From Bacteroidota bacterium (GTDB taxonomy: Bacteria; Bacteroidota; Bacteroidia; 2-12-FULL-35-15), in assembly GCA_947449315.1 (NCBI GenBank), contig CANFRC010000010.1:67154-131153 (forward strand): a stretch of 64,000 bases of DNA. The letters run 5' to 3'. A program made the position numbers and the translations under genes. Below, in pieces: positions 9,814-19,736 of the stretch (position 1 is the first letter of the stretch; each line of letters begins with the position of its first letter). The notes under the pieces are model-generated. The model worked only from the letters and a program-made list of their open reading frames with translations, had not been told where the DNA came from and did not search any database.

Positions 9814-10701
9814 ATGAGCCGACCAATAGATGTAATGATTATAGGTGCCCAAAAGGCAGGAACGACTTCCTTATTAAGGTATTTGGGAGAGCATCCTGAA
9901 TGTATGAGTCACCCCCAGAAGGAATTTGCATATTTTATAGATACAAAGGAATACGATAATAACTATACACGCGCATTTCGAAAATATTTTTCTGCTTCAG
10001 ACGTGACTAGTAATGCTAAAATCGTTGCAAAAAGTGCAGGGCTATATGCTGATGAGAATGCAATTAAAAGACTTTATGAACATAATCCCAAATGCGAATT
10101 AATTATTATACTTCGTAATCCGGTAGAAAGGGCCTATTCGTCGTACTTAATGGAGAAAAATTACGATTCTGTAAAATTTGAGTTTTCTGAATTACCAGAA
10201 CTTATTCAAAAGCATAATGGAAATGATGAAAGCTGGGGCTTTAGTTTTTTTATTGAATATGGATTCTATGCTAAACACTTGAAAAATATTTATAAACACT
10301 TCCCAAAAGAACAAGTTCACGTAATTTTAAATGAAGAGTTTAAAAACAATACGCTGAAAGTTTGCCAAGACATTTTTAATGTCATCAAGATCGATAATAA
10401 ATTTATACCCAATGTGAAAGTGCAACATAACGTGACACAAAAAATGCATTCTCAATTCTATGCCAAATTAACAAAGCACATTCTCAAAAAGGAAGGCTTT
10501 TTCAGAAGACTTTTTCTTAAAATTATCCCCACCAGCAAGGCTTACAAATATGGTGAACAATTAAGATTGATAAATAAAAAAAATGCTAAACACTCTGAAA
10601 TGAATGATTCAGAAAAACAATATTTAATTACTTTTTACAAGCCATATAATGATGAGTTGGAAAATCTAATAAAGTGTGACTTATCCAATTGGAACAAATA
10701 A
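9814..10701 (+). CDS. PAPS-dependent sulfotransferase
   Basis: 5'-PSB motif IGAQKAGTT, KE motif, 3'-PB motif RNPVERAYS, C-terminal FYKPYN. Confidence 0.9.
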   Translation: MSRPIDVMIIGAQKAGTTSLLRYLGEHPECMSHPQKEFAYFIDTKEYDNNYTRAFRKYFSASDVTSNAKIVAKSAGLYADENAIKRLYEHNPKCELIIILRNPVERAYSSYLMEKNYDSVKFEFSELPELIQKHNGNDESWGFSFFIEYGFYAKHLKNIYKHFPKEQVHVILNEEFKNNTLKVCQDIFNVIKIDNKFIPNVKVQHNVTQKMHSQFYAKLTKHILKKEGFFRRLFLKIIPTSKAYKYGEQLRLINKKNAKHSEMNDSEKQYLITFYKPYNDELENLIKCDLSNWNK

Positions 10702-10704
10702 AAT

Positions 10705-10864
10705 ATGGAATACCAAATAAAACCAAAAAGAAAAATTGAACCTTGGAATTGCCGAATTATGGCAATACCGAGAATTGTTTTATTTTTTCACTTTGCGTGA
10801 TATTTAATTAAAATAAAAACAAACGGTTCTTGGTTTTTTATGGGCCATATTACAGCCACTTTAA
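10705..10864 (+). pseudogene. Relic N-terminus of an ABC-2 polysaccharide export permease (wzm-like)
   Basis: MEYQIKPKRK, a frameshift, then NLGIAELWQYRELFYFFTLRDI*LK*KQTVLGFLWAILQPL*, matching the Wzm signature LWxYRELxxxxxxRDxKxxYKQTxLGxxWAxxQPL with in-frame stops. Confidence 0.85.
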
Positions 10865-10942
10865 AATCCTAAACTGGCTACTCTTTTTTAAAATAAATTC
10901 CTGGCAACACCAGCAGTTTGCAACAGTAGTGAAATATAAATA

Positions 10943-11809
10943 ATGGTTTCAATAATCATCATAAATTACAAAACATTTGATTACACAAAAAAGTGTATTG
11001 AATCCATTATTCAATACACAAAAAATATTGCCTTTGAAATTATTTTAGTAGACAATTTTTCAAATGATGGTTCTGCGGAAAAATTAAAACACCTGTATCC
11101 AACCTTAACACACATTCAAAACAACACAAACTTAGGGTTTTCAAAAGCCAACAATATAGGAATACTAGAAGCGAAAGGAGATGTAATTCTATTATTAAAC
11201 AGTGATACTGAACTTTTTGAAGATACAATCAGCTATTGCTATGACTATATAATGAATGGCAAAACCAATAGCATAGTTTCCTGTAAATTGATTTATCCTA
11301 ACAATCAAATTCAGTATCAATGTTCTACATTTCCAAGTATTAAGAATAATATTATAGAAATGTTTAGATTACAAAAATTGCTGTCAAAAGAAAAAGCAGC
11401 TAAAGTTTTATACTCTACCTACTTTGACCATAACAGTGAAGCGGCACCAGAATGGATATGGGGTACATTTTTTATGTTTCATAAAAAATGTTTGGAGAAG
11501 TTAAATCATAAAAAACTAGATGATACTTTTTTTATGTATGGAGAAGATATGAAATGGTGTTATGATTTTAAGCATGTGGGCTGTAACATCGTGTACCTTC
11601 CTAATAAAAAAATAATACATCATGTTGGGAAATCGTCAACTGTTATTTCAGAAAAAACAAATCAAATTGTTAAAAATGAATTGCAATTTATTTGTTTGGT
11701 AAAAGGAAGAGCTTATAAATTAATATACAAATTCATAAGAATTTTAAATTTATTAAGTAGCCTTAATGCCAATAATTATGAATTGTCTAAATTATATTTA
11801 AAATATTAA
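10943..11809 (+). CDS. Glycosyltransferase family 2 (WbbL-like)
   Basis: SIIIINY, VDNFSNDGS, NLGFSKANN, LLNSD, FFMYGED. Confidence 0.9.
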   Translation: MVSIIIINYKTFDYTKKCIESIIQYTKNIAFEIILVDNFSNDGSAEKLKHLYPTLTHIQNNTNLGFSKANNIGILEAKGDVILLLNSDTELFEDTISYCYDYIMNGKTNSIVSCKLIYPNNQIQYQCSTFPSIKNNIIEMFRLQKLLSKEKAAKVLYSTYFDHNSEAAPEWIWGTFFMFHKKCLEKLNHKKLDDTFFMYGEDMKWCYDFKHVGCNIVYLPNKKIIHHVGKSSTVISEKTNQIVKNELQFICLVKGRAYKLIYKFIRILNLLSSLNANNYELSKLYLKY

Positions 11810-11810
11810 A

Positions 11811-12815
11811 ATGGTTTTAAGTGTCATCATTCCAACTTACAAAAGGAACGAAATACTTCCTATAGTACTTCAACACTTAGCGAATGCATTGATCAATATA
11901 AATGCAGAAATCATTGTAATAAATGATGATAAACAAAATCAACTATTGCCAATAAGTATAAACAAGAATGAGATTCCTTTAAATATTTATACAAATAAAA
12001 AAGCTGGGGCAGCTGCTGCAAGAAATTATGGTTCTAACCTAGCAAAAGGTGATATTTTACTATTTTTAGATGATGATATTATAATTGATGCTGAAACGAT
12101 ATCATCAATACTTAAAATACAATCAGAATATGATAAAATAATTTCTACACCAATATGGGAATACAGTAGTGAAATGAAACTGCTTTTAAGTAAAAATTCT
12201 TTCGGAAAATTCAGATTAAAATATGACTATGGTAGCATTAGAGGAAGAAAAAATAATGAAACAAAAGAAAATTCAAAACATTACTTAGTTGATTCATTAG
12301 CATCGTTCTGTTTGTCGATCAAAAAAAAACATTTTATTCAATTGAACGGGATGGATGACTTGTTTCCATTTGCAGGCTGTGAGGATCAAGAATTTTCAGA
12401 GCGAGCAAAGCAAAATGGCTTTATATTACTACTCGATGAAAACAATACAGTGCTGCATCATGAAATTGATCGAATTCAAAAATCAGTTTGGTTAAAAAGG
12501 CAATACAATGGGGTGCAGGGATTTGTTAGGCTTGCAAATTTATATCCAGACAAAAAAAAATTCGAACTGTGGTATGAGAATACGCCTATCTCAAAAAGTG
12601 ACTCTGCAAAATTAAAAATTAAGAAAGTACTTAAGAAAATAGCCAGACAGAATTTTTCGATCACTATTATTAATTCTATTACCTACTTATTAGAATCGTT
12701 GAAAGTTAGCAATTTCATTTTAGAAAAAATATATTTAATTCAAACAGGGATTTACATTAATAAAGGATTTAACAATTCATATGAAAACCTTACACATAGC
12801 AATGACAATGGCTAA
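11811..12815 (+). CDS. Glycosyltransferase family 2
   Basis: SVIIPTY, AAARNYG, FLDDD, GCEDQE. Confidence 0.88.
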   Translation: MVLSVIIPTYKRNEILPIVLQHLANALININAEIIVINDDKQNQLLPISINKNEIPLNIYTNKKAGAAAARNYGSNLAKGDILLFLDDDIIIDAETISSILKIQSEYDKIISTPIWEYSSEMKLLLSKNSFGKFRLKYDYGSIRGRKNNETKENSKHYLVDSLASFCLSIKKKHFIQLNGMDDLFPFAGCEDQEFSERAKQNGFILLLDENNTVLHHEIDRIQKSVWLKRQYNGVQGFVRLANLYPDKKKFELWYENTPISKSDSAKLKIKKVLKKIARQNFSITIINSITYLLESLKVSNFILEKIYLIQTGIYINKGFNNSYENLTHSNDNG

Positions 12816-13908
12816 CACGCCATCTGTGCCTTATTTTAATTGGTTCGCAGAAGAAGTTGCAAAATATCCGGAAATAAAATTTTCGTTTATATGTCTTTAT
12901 CACGAAAAACCAATAATGATAGAGGAAATGAAAAGCTTCAATTGTGATTGTTATTGGATAAAATTTGACGCAAAAAAAAGAAAAAAATCAATGTTTTTTG
13001 CATTGATTAGTTTCATTAAATTGTACAAAAAAATAAAACCAGACATTGTCCACTCACACTTATTTGATGACTCATTGCCCTCATTAATTGCAGCAAGACT
13101 AACAGGCATAAAAAAAAGAATTATTACAAAACAAGATACAACCTTTCATTATTATTATGCGCCAAAGTGGGTTTGGGCAGATAAATTTAACAACTTTAAT
13201 GCTACTAATATTATTGCCGTAAGTAACGAGGTGTCGAAATTTGTTATTGAAAAAGAAAGAGCACAAAAGAAAAAATTAACAACTATTCATCATGGTATAC
13301 CTTTTAAATATCTATGCAAAAGTGATGAAGAACTAAAAAAGGAACTGGTACTAAAATATGAATTATCAAATAAAATTGTGATTGGAACGATTGCAAGATA
13401 CATAGAATGGAAAGGCTACAGGTACATTATTGATGCTGCGGTTGATATCGTAAAAAAGCATAGCAATGCTGTATTTTTATTTATTAGTACAGGAGAACAA
13501 AGAGAAGAATTGGAACAATTGATAAAAAAAAACAAACTTGAAAAAAATATAATTTTAACTGGATGGATTGATAAAAAATATATACCTTCTTTATACTCAT
13601 TAATGAATATATATTTACATGCAGCAAATTATGAACCGTTTGGTTTTGTGATTGCTGAAGCCATGACGAATAAAGTACCAATAGTAACAACGCCAACTGG
13701 TGCAGCGCTTGATGCCTTAGAACACAAAGTAAATTGTTACATGACAGAATATAAAAATCCTCAACAAATAAGGGATGGAGTACTTTGGTTACTTGAAAAC
13801 AAAGAAAATCAAACTATTTTAACTGATAAAGCGTATCAAAAAGCAATCGAAATGTATCAATTTGAAACAATGTTTCAAAATCATATAAAGCTATATAAAA
13901 GCATCTAA
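12781..13908 (+). CDS. Glycosyltransferase family 4
   Basis: PDIVHSH, IARYIEWKG, EPFGFVIAEAM (EX7E). Confidence 0.9.
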   Translation: MKTLHIAMTMANTPSVPYFNWFAEEVAKYPEIKFSFICLYHEKPIMIEEMKSFNCDCYWIKFDAKKRKKSMFFALISFIKLYKKIKPDIVHSHLFDDSLPSLIAARLTGIKKRIITKQDTTFHYYYAPKWVWADKFNNFNATNIIAVSNEVSKFVIEKERAQKKKLTTIHHGIPFKYLCKSDEELKKELVLKYELSNKIVIGTIARYIEWKGYRYIIDAAVDIVKKHSNAVFLFISTGEQREELEQLIKKNKLEKNIILTGWIDKKYIPSLYSLMNIYLHAANYEPFGFVIAEAMTNKVPIVTTPTGAALDALEHKVNCYMTEYKNPQQIRDGVLWLLENKENQTILTDKAYQKAIEMYQFETMFQNHIKLYKSI

Positions 13909-14031
13909 TTGCAGCATACTAATACAATAGGAGAATATTAATTTATAAAAATATTTAATAAGATTGCTACAATAAAAAACTAGTTTCATGAAAATAGATA
14001 CGCTCCACTACTATAATATAAAATAGCGCAT

Positions 14032-14039
14032 TACTTTTG
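14032..14039 (+). promoter_or_regulatory. Possible internal -7 promoter element (TACTTTTG) in the glycan cluster
   Basis: TAnnTTTG 13 nt before the ATG at 14053, in a 144-nt intergenic gap. Confidence 0.45.
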
Positions 14040-14052
14040 CTAAATTGAACAT

Positions 14053-14913
14053 ATGATTCCTGAAACATCCATAATAATACCTGTGTATAATGCAGAAAAA
14101 TATATTGAAGAAACGATTCTATCGGTATTAAATCAGACGTATGAAAATTGGGAATTAATACTAATTAATGATGGTTCAAATGATAATACAGAGGGGATAA
14201 TTCAACACTATTTAACGAATACAAAAATCCACTACTACCGCCAAAACAATTCAGGTGTTTCAGCGGCAAGAAATTTCGGCTACTCTCAATCGAAAGGCAA
14301 ATACATATCATTTCTTGATGCTGATGATGTATGGAATTCTTCAAATCTAGAAGAAAAAATATTTTTTCTTAAAAAAGAACCCATTGATGCTGTTTATTCA
14401 AACTGTGATCTAATAGACGAAAACTCTGTCAATACAAATAAAACATTAACAGGAAGTAAGGTGCCTTCCTTAAATGATATACTAACTATAAAAGGTAATT
14501 ACATAACTGCTCCTTCTGGCATCATTTTTAAAAAGGAAATTTTTGACACGATTGGGATGTTTGATACAAATTTATCCAATAATGCGGATCAAGATATTTG
14601 GATTAGACTACTTGCGAATAACTTTAAGTTAGAATTAATTAATAAATCGCTTTGGAAATACCGAGTACACTTGAATAACATGTCAAAAAACATTTCACTA
14701 TTGGAAAAAGATTCAATCTACTTAATGGAGAAAGTAAATAAAAATAATTTATTTGAATCGCAATTTTTCAAGAAGCAATGTTTTGGAAAATTATATTACA
14801 TGTTAGCAGGCAGCTGGTGGAAAAATGGCAATAATAAATTCAGAGGGCTATATTTTTTGTTAAAATCTATTTGGAATTACCCTCCAATCATGCTTCAAAT
14901 CATAAAAAAATAA
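14053..14913 (+). CDS. Glycosyltransferase family 2
   Basis: SIIIPVYN, INDGSND, GVSAARN, FLDADD. Confidence 0.92.
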   Translation: MIPETSIIIPVYNAEKYIEETILSVLNQTYENWELILINDGSNDNTEGIIQHYLTNTKIHYYRQNNSGVSAARNFGYSQSKGKYISFLDADDVWNSSNLEEKIFFLKKEPIDAVYSNCDLIDENSVNTNKTLTGSKVPSLNDILTIKGNYITAPSGIIFKKEIFDTIGMFDTNLSNNADQDIWIRLLANNFKLELINKSLWKYRVHLNNMSKNISLLEKDSIYLMEKVNKNNLFESQFFKKQCFGKLYYMLAGSWWKNGNNKFRGLYFLLKSIWNYPPIMLQIIKK

Positions 14914-14915
14914 AA

Positions 14916-16118
14916 GTGTCCACTAAAAAAAACAATATATTAGTAATTACCTCTTGGTGCTATAACGACGCATTGATACAAACGTATACACTCCCATATT
15001 TAAAAATAATTTCTAAAAAATTGCCTGAAGGCAGCAAAATATATTTAGTCACTTTAGATAAAGACAAAACAAAAAATGCACTTTCAGATTCCGGCATAAA
15101 AAACATTAGTCTTCCATACACCCCATTTGGACTTTTTGCAATATTCAAATGGATTAAAAACATTATTCAACTCTACGTTCTTGTTCAATCTAAAAACATT
15201 TCAACTATTCATGCTTGGTGTACGCCATCTGGAATGATTGCTTACATTCTATCCGTTTTAACAGGGAAAACACTCATTATTGATAGTTATGAACCACATG
15301 CTGAAGCTATGGTTGAAAATGGCGAATGGAAAAGAGATAGTAACGCTTATAAACTCCTATTTAAATTCGAAAAACTTCAGACAAAAAGAGCTAAATATCT
15401 TATTGCCACAACGGAAGGAATGAAAAATTATTCAAAAAATAAATACAACCATACTAAGGACAACTTTTTTGTAAAACCTGCTTGTGTAGACCTACAGCTG
15501 TTTTCGGAAGGGAATATTAAAAATAAAAAGTTATTATCAGAATTAAAACTTGAAAATAAAATTGTATGTGTGTATGCAGGAAAATTTGGTGGGATATATC
15601 TGGATAAAGAAGTATTCGATTTTATAAAAGAAGCTGAAAAATATTGGGGTGCTGCGTTCAGGGCACTAATTTTATCATCAAATTCCTCGGATTATATAAA
15701 ACAAATGGCAGCGAACGCCGGAATAAATGAAAATACAATTATTCATAAATTTGTTTCACACGATCAAATCCCCGATTATATGGGTTTAGCCGACTTTGCT
15801 ATCACTCCCGTAAAATCCGTTCCAACAAAAAGATATTGTACGCCCATAAAAGATGGCGAATATTGGGCCTTAGGATTACCGGTTGTAATAACAGCAAACA
15901 TATCTGATGATTCGGACATCATCAGCTCCTATAAAATTGGAAGTGTTTTAGAAAACTTAAATACTGAGGCCTACCTACAATCAATCAAAGAAATCGACAA
16001 TTTATTGAAAAACAATACGAGAATCGAGTTGTATAATAAAATACGACCCATTGCCGAAAAGTATCGTAATTTTGAAATTGCAGCGCGTATCTATTCAGAA
16101 ATTTATGGAAAGAAATAA
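14916..16118 (+). CDS. GT-B fold glycosyltransferase (family 4-like)
   Basis: VYAGKFGG, ADFAI and PIKDGEYWALGLPVV motifs; likely GTG start at 14916, just after the upstream stop (track start 14871). Confidence 0.8.
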   Translation: MSTKKNNILVITSWCYNDALIQTYTLPYLKIISKKLPEGSKIYLVTLDKDKTKNALSDSGIKNISLPYTPFGLFAIFKWIKNIIQLYVLVQSKNISTIHAWCTPSGMIAYILSVLTGKTLIIDSYEPHAEAMVENGEWKRDSNAYKLLFKFEKLQTKRAKYLIATTEGMKNYSKNKYNHTKDNFFVKPACVDLQLFSEGNIKNKKLLSELKLENKIVCVYAGKFGGIYLDKEVFDFIKEAEKYWGAAFRALILSSNSSDYIKQMAANAGINENTIIHKFVSHDQIPDYMGLADFAITPVKSVPTKRYCTPIKDGEYWALGLPVVITANISDDSDIISSYKIGSVLENLNTEAYLQSIKEIDNLLKNNTRIELYNKIRPIAEKYRNFEIAARIYSEIYGKK

Positions 16119-17145
16119 AAAAAATACTATTCTAGTCACAGGAGGAGCCGGATACATAGGCTCGCATACAATTATCGAATTGTTAGAAACAACCAGCTTC
16201 GATATTGTATCCATCGACAACTATTCGAATTCAAATGAAGGAACCTATGATAGAATAAAACAAATTACAGGAAAAGATGTAAAACACTACAACATTGATC
16301 TATGCAATTATGAAGAAACCGTTAAAGTTTTTGAAATTGAAACCGGTGTCATTGGGATTATTCATTTTGCAGCTTTTAAATCAGTATCCGAATCTGTAGA
16401 GAACCCTCAAAAATATTACCATAACAACATTAACTCATTATTAAATGTCTTAGAATGTTGTTTAAAATTTGAAATTCCAAATTTTATTTTTTCATCCTCC
16501 TGTTCGGTCTATGGAAATATCACAGAACTACCTGTAAAAGAGTCGACGCCATTTAACAAAGCTGAATCGCCATATGCATACACCAAACAAGTTGGAGAAG
16601 AGATCATAAAAGATTATTGTAAAGCCTATACACAACTAAATACAATATCCTTACGTTATTTTAATCCTGTAGGCGCTCATATTTCCGGTTTAAATGGAGA
16701 ACTCCCAATCAACAAACCAAGTAATTTAGTTCCAGTGATTACACAAACTGCTATTGGGAAAATCAAACAAATGACCGTTTACGGCTCTGATTACAAAACA
16801 AGAGATGGAAGCTGTATTAGGGACTATATACACGTTACAGACATTGCAATAGCTCATATTAAAGCATTAAATTATTTATTAGCAAACAATCAAAAATCTA
16901 ATTGTAGCATATTTAATTTAGGAAGTGGAAATGGCGTAAGCGTATTTGAAGCAATCAAATCATTTGAAAAAATTTCAGGTATTAAACCAAATTATATTTT
17001 AGGAAATCGCAGAGCGGGTGATGTAGAAGCTATTTACTCTCAAACAGATTTATCAAAAAAGGAATTAAACTGGGAGGCAAAAATTACATTGGATGAAATG
17101 ATGGAAACGGCTTGGAAATGGGAAAATAATTTAAAAAAGCAATAA
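16105..17145 (+). CDS. galE: UDP-glucose 4-epimerase
   Basis: TGGAGYIGSH, HFAAFKSV, YAYTK (YxxxK), LRYFNPVGAH, RDYIHV; ATG at 16105 preferred. Confidence 0.95.
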   Translation: MERNKKNTILVTGGAGYIGSHTIIELLETTSFDIVSIDNYSNSNEGTYDRIKQITGKDVKHYNIDLCNYEETVKVFEIETGVIGIIHFAAFKSVSESVENPQKYYHNNINSLLNVLECCLKFEIPNFIFSSSCSVYGNITELPVKESTPFNKAESPYAYTKQVGEEIIKDYCKAYTQLNTISLRYFNPVGAHISGLNGELPINKPSNLVPVITQTAIGKIKQMTVYGSDYKTRDGSCIRDYIHVTDIAIAHIKALNYLLANNQKSNCSIFNLGSGNGVSVFEAIKSFEKISGIKPNYILGNRRAGDVEAIYSQTDLSKKELNWEAKITLDEMMETAWKWENNLKKQ

Positions 17146-18011
17146 TGTATACTCAACACAATCACTGCCTAATTTGTAGTTCTAGTAATCTTACTATACT
17201 TCCAGCTTATCAAAAAGATTATTTAGTACAATGTATGTCTTGCAAATTCGTTTTCTGCAATAGGATCCCCACAAATGATGAGTTATTAAACCACTATAAA
17301 AAATACAATAGAGGTAATCAGTTGTCCCCAATCACATTGTTACGATACAATGAATTACTAGATAAATTTGAACAATTCAGACAAACAAACAATATTCTTG
17401 ACATAGGTTGCGGGGATGGGTATTTTTTAGAAGCTGCAAAAAACAGAGGATGGAATGTCTATGGAACTGAGTTCACTGATGAAGCTATTGAAATTTTGAA
17501 TTCAAAAGGAATTAAATCAAATCAAGGAAAGCTGGAAGCAAGCAATTACCAAAATGAGATGTTTGATGTGATAACATCATTTGAAGTCCTAGAACACATT
17601 CATAACCCAACTGAAGAATGTACTAACATATACAAAATACTTCGAAAAAAGGGCTTAATATACATCACAACGCCTAATTTCAACTCATTCAGTCGCTATT
17701 TTTTAAAACATTGGAACATTATTGAATACCCTGAACACCTCTCCTACTATACTCCAAGAACAATTAATACATTATTTAAAATGAATGGTTTCTCTAAATC
17801 AAAAATTGAAACGACAGGAATACACATTAATAGATTTCGACAAGGTATTGGCAGCATACAAAGTGACGAATCAAATGGAAATATGGAAGAAAGTTTGAGA
17901 AGCAAAACTGAAACAAAAATAATCTTTAAAATTCTAAAAAAAATCACAAATAAAATTTTAGATATTTCAAAAAAAGGAGACAGCTTAAAAGCCTGGTATA
18001 TAAAAAACTAA
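17145..18011 (+). CDS. Class I SAM-dependent methyltransferase with N-terminal Cys4 zinc ribbon
   Basis: CLIC..CMSC, LDIGCGDG, FEVLEH, TTPN, PEHL; TAATG coupling to galE. Confidence 0.88.
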   Translation: MYTQHNHCLICSSSNLTILPAYQKDYLVQCMSCKFVFCNRIPTNDELLNHYKKYNRGNQLSPITLLRYNELLDKFEQFRQTNNILDIGCGDGYFLEAAKNRGWNVYGTEFTDEAIEILNSKGIKSNQGKLEASNYQNEMFDVITSFEVLEHIHNPTEECTNIYKILRKKGLIYITTPNFNSFSRYFLKHWNIIEYPEHLSYYTPRTINTLFKMNGFSKSKIETTGIHINRFRQGIGSIQSDESNGNMEESLRSKTETKIIFKILKKITNKILDISKKGDSLKAWYIKN

Positions 18012-19363
18012 ATTTTAGATGCTTTTTTTTCACGCATAAGATAATAGGTAACCAATAAAAAGCTAACAAACTCGGGTAAATATGCAATTCTAAATCTAAC
18101 CAACGCGCCAAAGTTCGCTGTAGAAAGTCCAACAATCAATGAAAAGAAAAGCGAATAAATAAGACAAAACAGCAACAAAGGATTGCTTGAAATGATTTTA
18201 ATTAATTTCCCAAATTTAAATCGAAATAATATAAGAATACTTAATAATAAATAAATAAAATTCTCAATTCCTGACAATAACATTACAACATTTTTAGATT
18301 CCCATATAAATGGTCTGAATAACCCAGCAGCCATTGCAGCAGGGGAAACCGACAAAGCACCAGTAATTGTAGGCTCATAAGACCCAATATCAAAAGAGTT
18401 CCCTGAATAATAACTTTGTTTAAGATCCGATTGCTTCTCTGATGCTTCAGATAGTAAGGTATTAATATCAAAGGTGCCACTACTGGTTAAAATATAAAAA
18501 ACTAGAATGACACTCACAAAAAGGCCAACAGGAATAATTAAATATCGAATTACTCTACTACTGATGCTCAATATTTTTTCGTAAAAGCCCCAAACCACTG
18601 AACCAGGAAGTAAGGTGTATAAAATGTAGGGCTTTATTGAAAATATAACAAAGGCAACAACTAATAATATTGAAAAGTTTTTAATGCGCTTTTCCTTGAG
18701 AATAAATAATTTGTAAAAAGTATAAATATACCAACAGGAAGCGGATAAAGTAATTGTGTCTTTTAAAATACCTGAGCCCCAAAAAAGAACAGAAGGAAGA
18801 AACAAAATAGCAACAGCTAATTGATTGTGATACTTTTTATAATAAATAGAAAAAACAGTATATAATTTCCATATTCCTAAAAATGAAATCCAAGAGAACA
18901 AAATTGTTGTTAGCACAAAACTTTGAAACGAAAGCAACATGAATGGAACCAGCATCTTTATTACTAAAAGTGTTCTAGTATCATAATACATATAATCCCA
19001 AGGATATCCTGTTGATCGCCCATCAAACAAATAGTAGTTTTCAATGCTAGGCCCTTCTGTCATTACTTTAAAAAAATAAGAAGGTTTTTCAAACAATAAA
19101 TTGGTAAAGGCTCTGGCACTCTCAAAATAAGATATGGTATCACCTCCTTTATAAACATAGATGTATACCAGACAAAAAATAATTGCACCTATCAGCTTAA
19201 ATGTAACAGCCCTTGTATAGTATTTATAGATAATATTTTCTTTGATGTGTTTCTTTTGGATCCAATAAGAAATAAATAAAATTATGGCGATGTAAATCGG
19301 GAAGGCAAAGTATTCTGTAATGCCGAGATTATCTATGTACCCATAATTTTTAATCTCGTTCAT
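18008..19363 (-). CDS. Polytopic membrane protein, Wzy/O-antigen polymerase- or ligase-like (GT-C)
   Basis: About 11 hydrophobic segments; YKGGDT, PSVLFWGSGILKD, LFRPFIWE and NFGALVRFR motifs, of a type seen in Bacteroidota glycan loci. Confidence 0.65.
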   Translation of the reverse strand: MNEIKNYGYIDNLGITEYFAFPIYIAIILFISYWIQKKHIKENIIYKYYTRAVTFKLIGAIIFCLVYIYVYKGGDTISYFESARAFTNLLFEKPSYFFKVMTEGPSIENYYLFDGRSTGYPWDYMYYDTRTLLVIKMLVPFMLLSFQSFVLTTILFSWISFLGIWKLYTVFSIYYKKYHNQLAVAILFLPSVLFWGSGILKDTITLSASCWYIYTFYKLFILKEKRIKNFSILLVVAFVIFSIKPYILYTLLPGSVVWGFYEKILSISSRVIRYLIIPVGLFVSVILVFYILTSSGTFDINTLLSEASEKQSDLKQSYYSGNSFDIGSYEPTITGALSVSPAAMAAGLFRPFIWESKNVVMLLSGIENFIYLLLSILILFRFKFGKLIKIISSNPLLLFCLIYSLFFSLIVGLSTANFGALVRFRIAYLPEFVSFLLVTYYLMREKKASKI

Positions 19364-19736
19364 TTAATCTTTTATTTATAAAAAAATACAATAAGGATTT
19401 ATTTCTTTTTTGACTTTTCAAACTTTTATCCAGGCCATTCTAATTGGCATTGTTATCAAATAACATCCTAAATGGTACAGCCGGTTTATAAAATTTCAGA
19501 TACCGATGACCATTATTTCTTCATTTAAAAACCAATGTAAATTCGTGTGAATGCTTTCCAAAATTAACTATTTTTACGACACTCTGATTACTGAAAAGTT
19601 ACAAATACAACAAATACCTAAAGGATTTGTATCTAAAAAAAGAAAAACACTGTTTTTTAACACTTTTATCCTACCATTCCATTTTTATTAAACACCATAA
19701 ATTATTAACTTTACTGCAAATCAAGCAAACACGTTT

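Noticed and set aside
11811..13908. A8-A9 homopolymers in glycosyltransferase genes as phase-variation tracts
   Set aside because: Such runs are common throughout this AT-rich window, encode Lys runs, and all frames are intact.
19364..19736. Possible gene remnant upstream of the Wzy-like gene
   Set aside because: The minus-strand frames I translated gave interrupted peptides with no recognisable family; this needs BLASTX.
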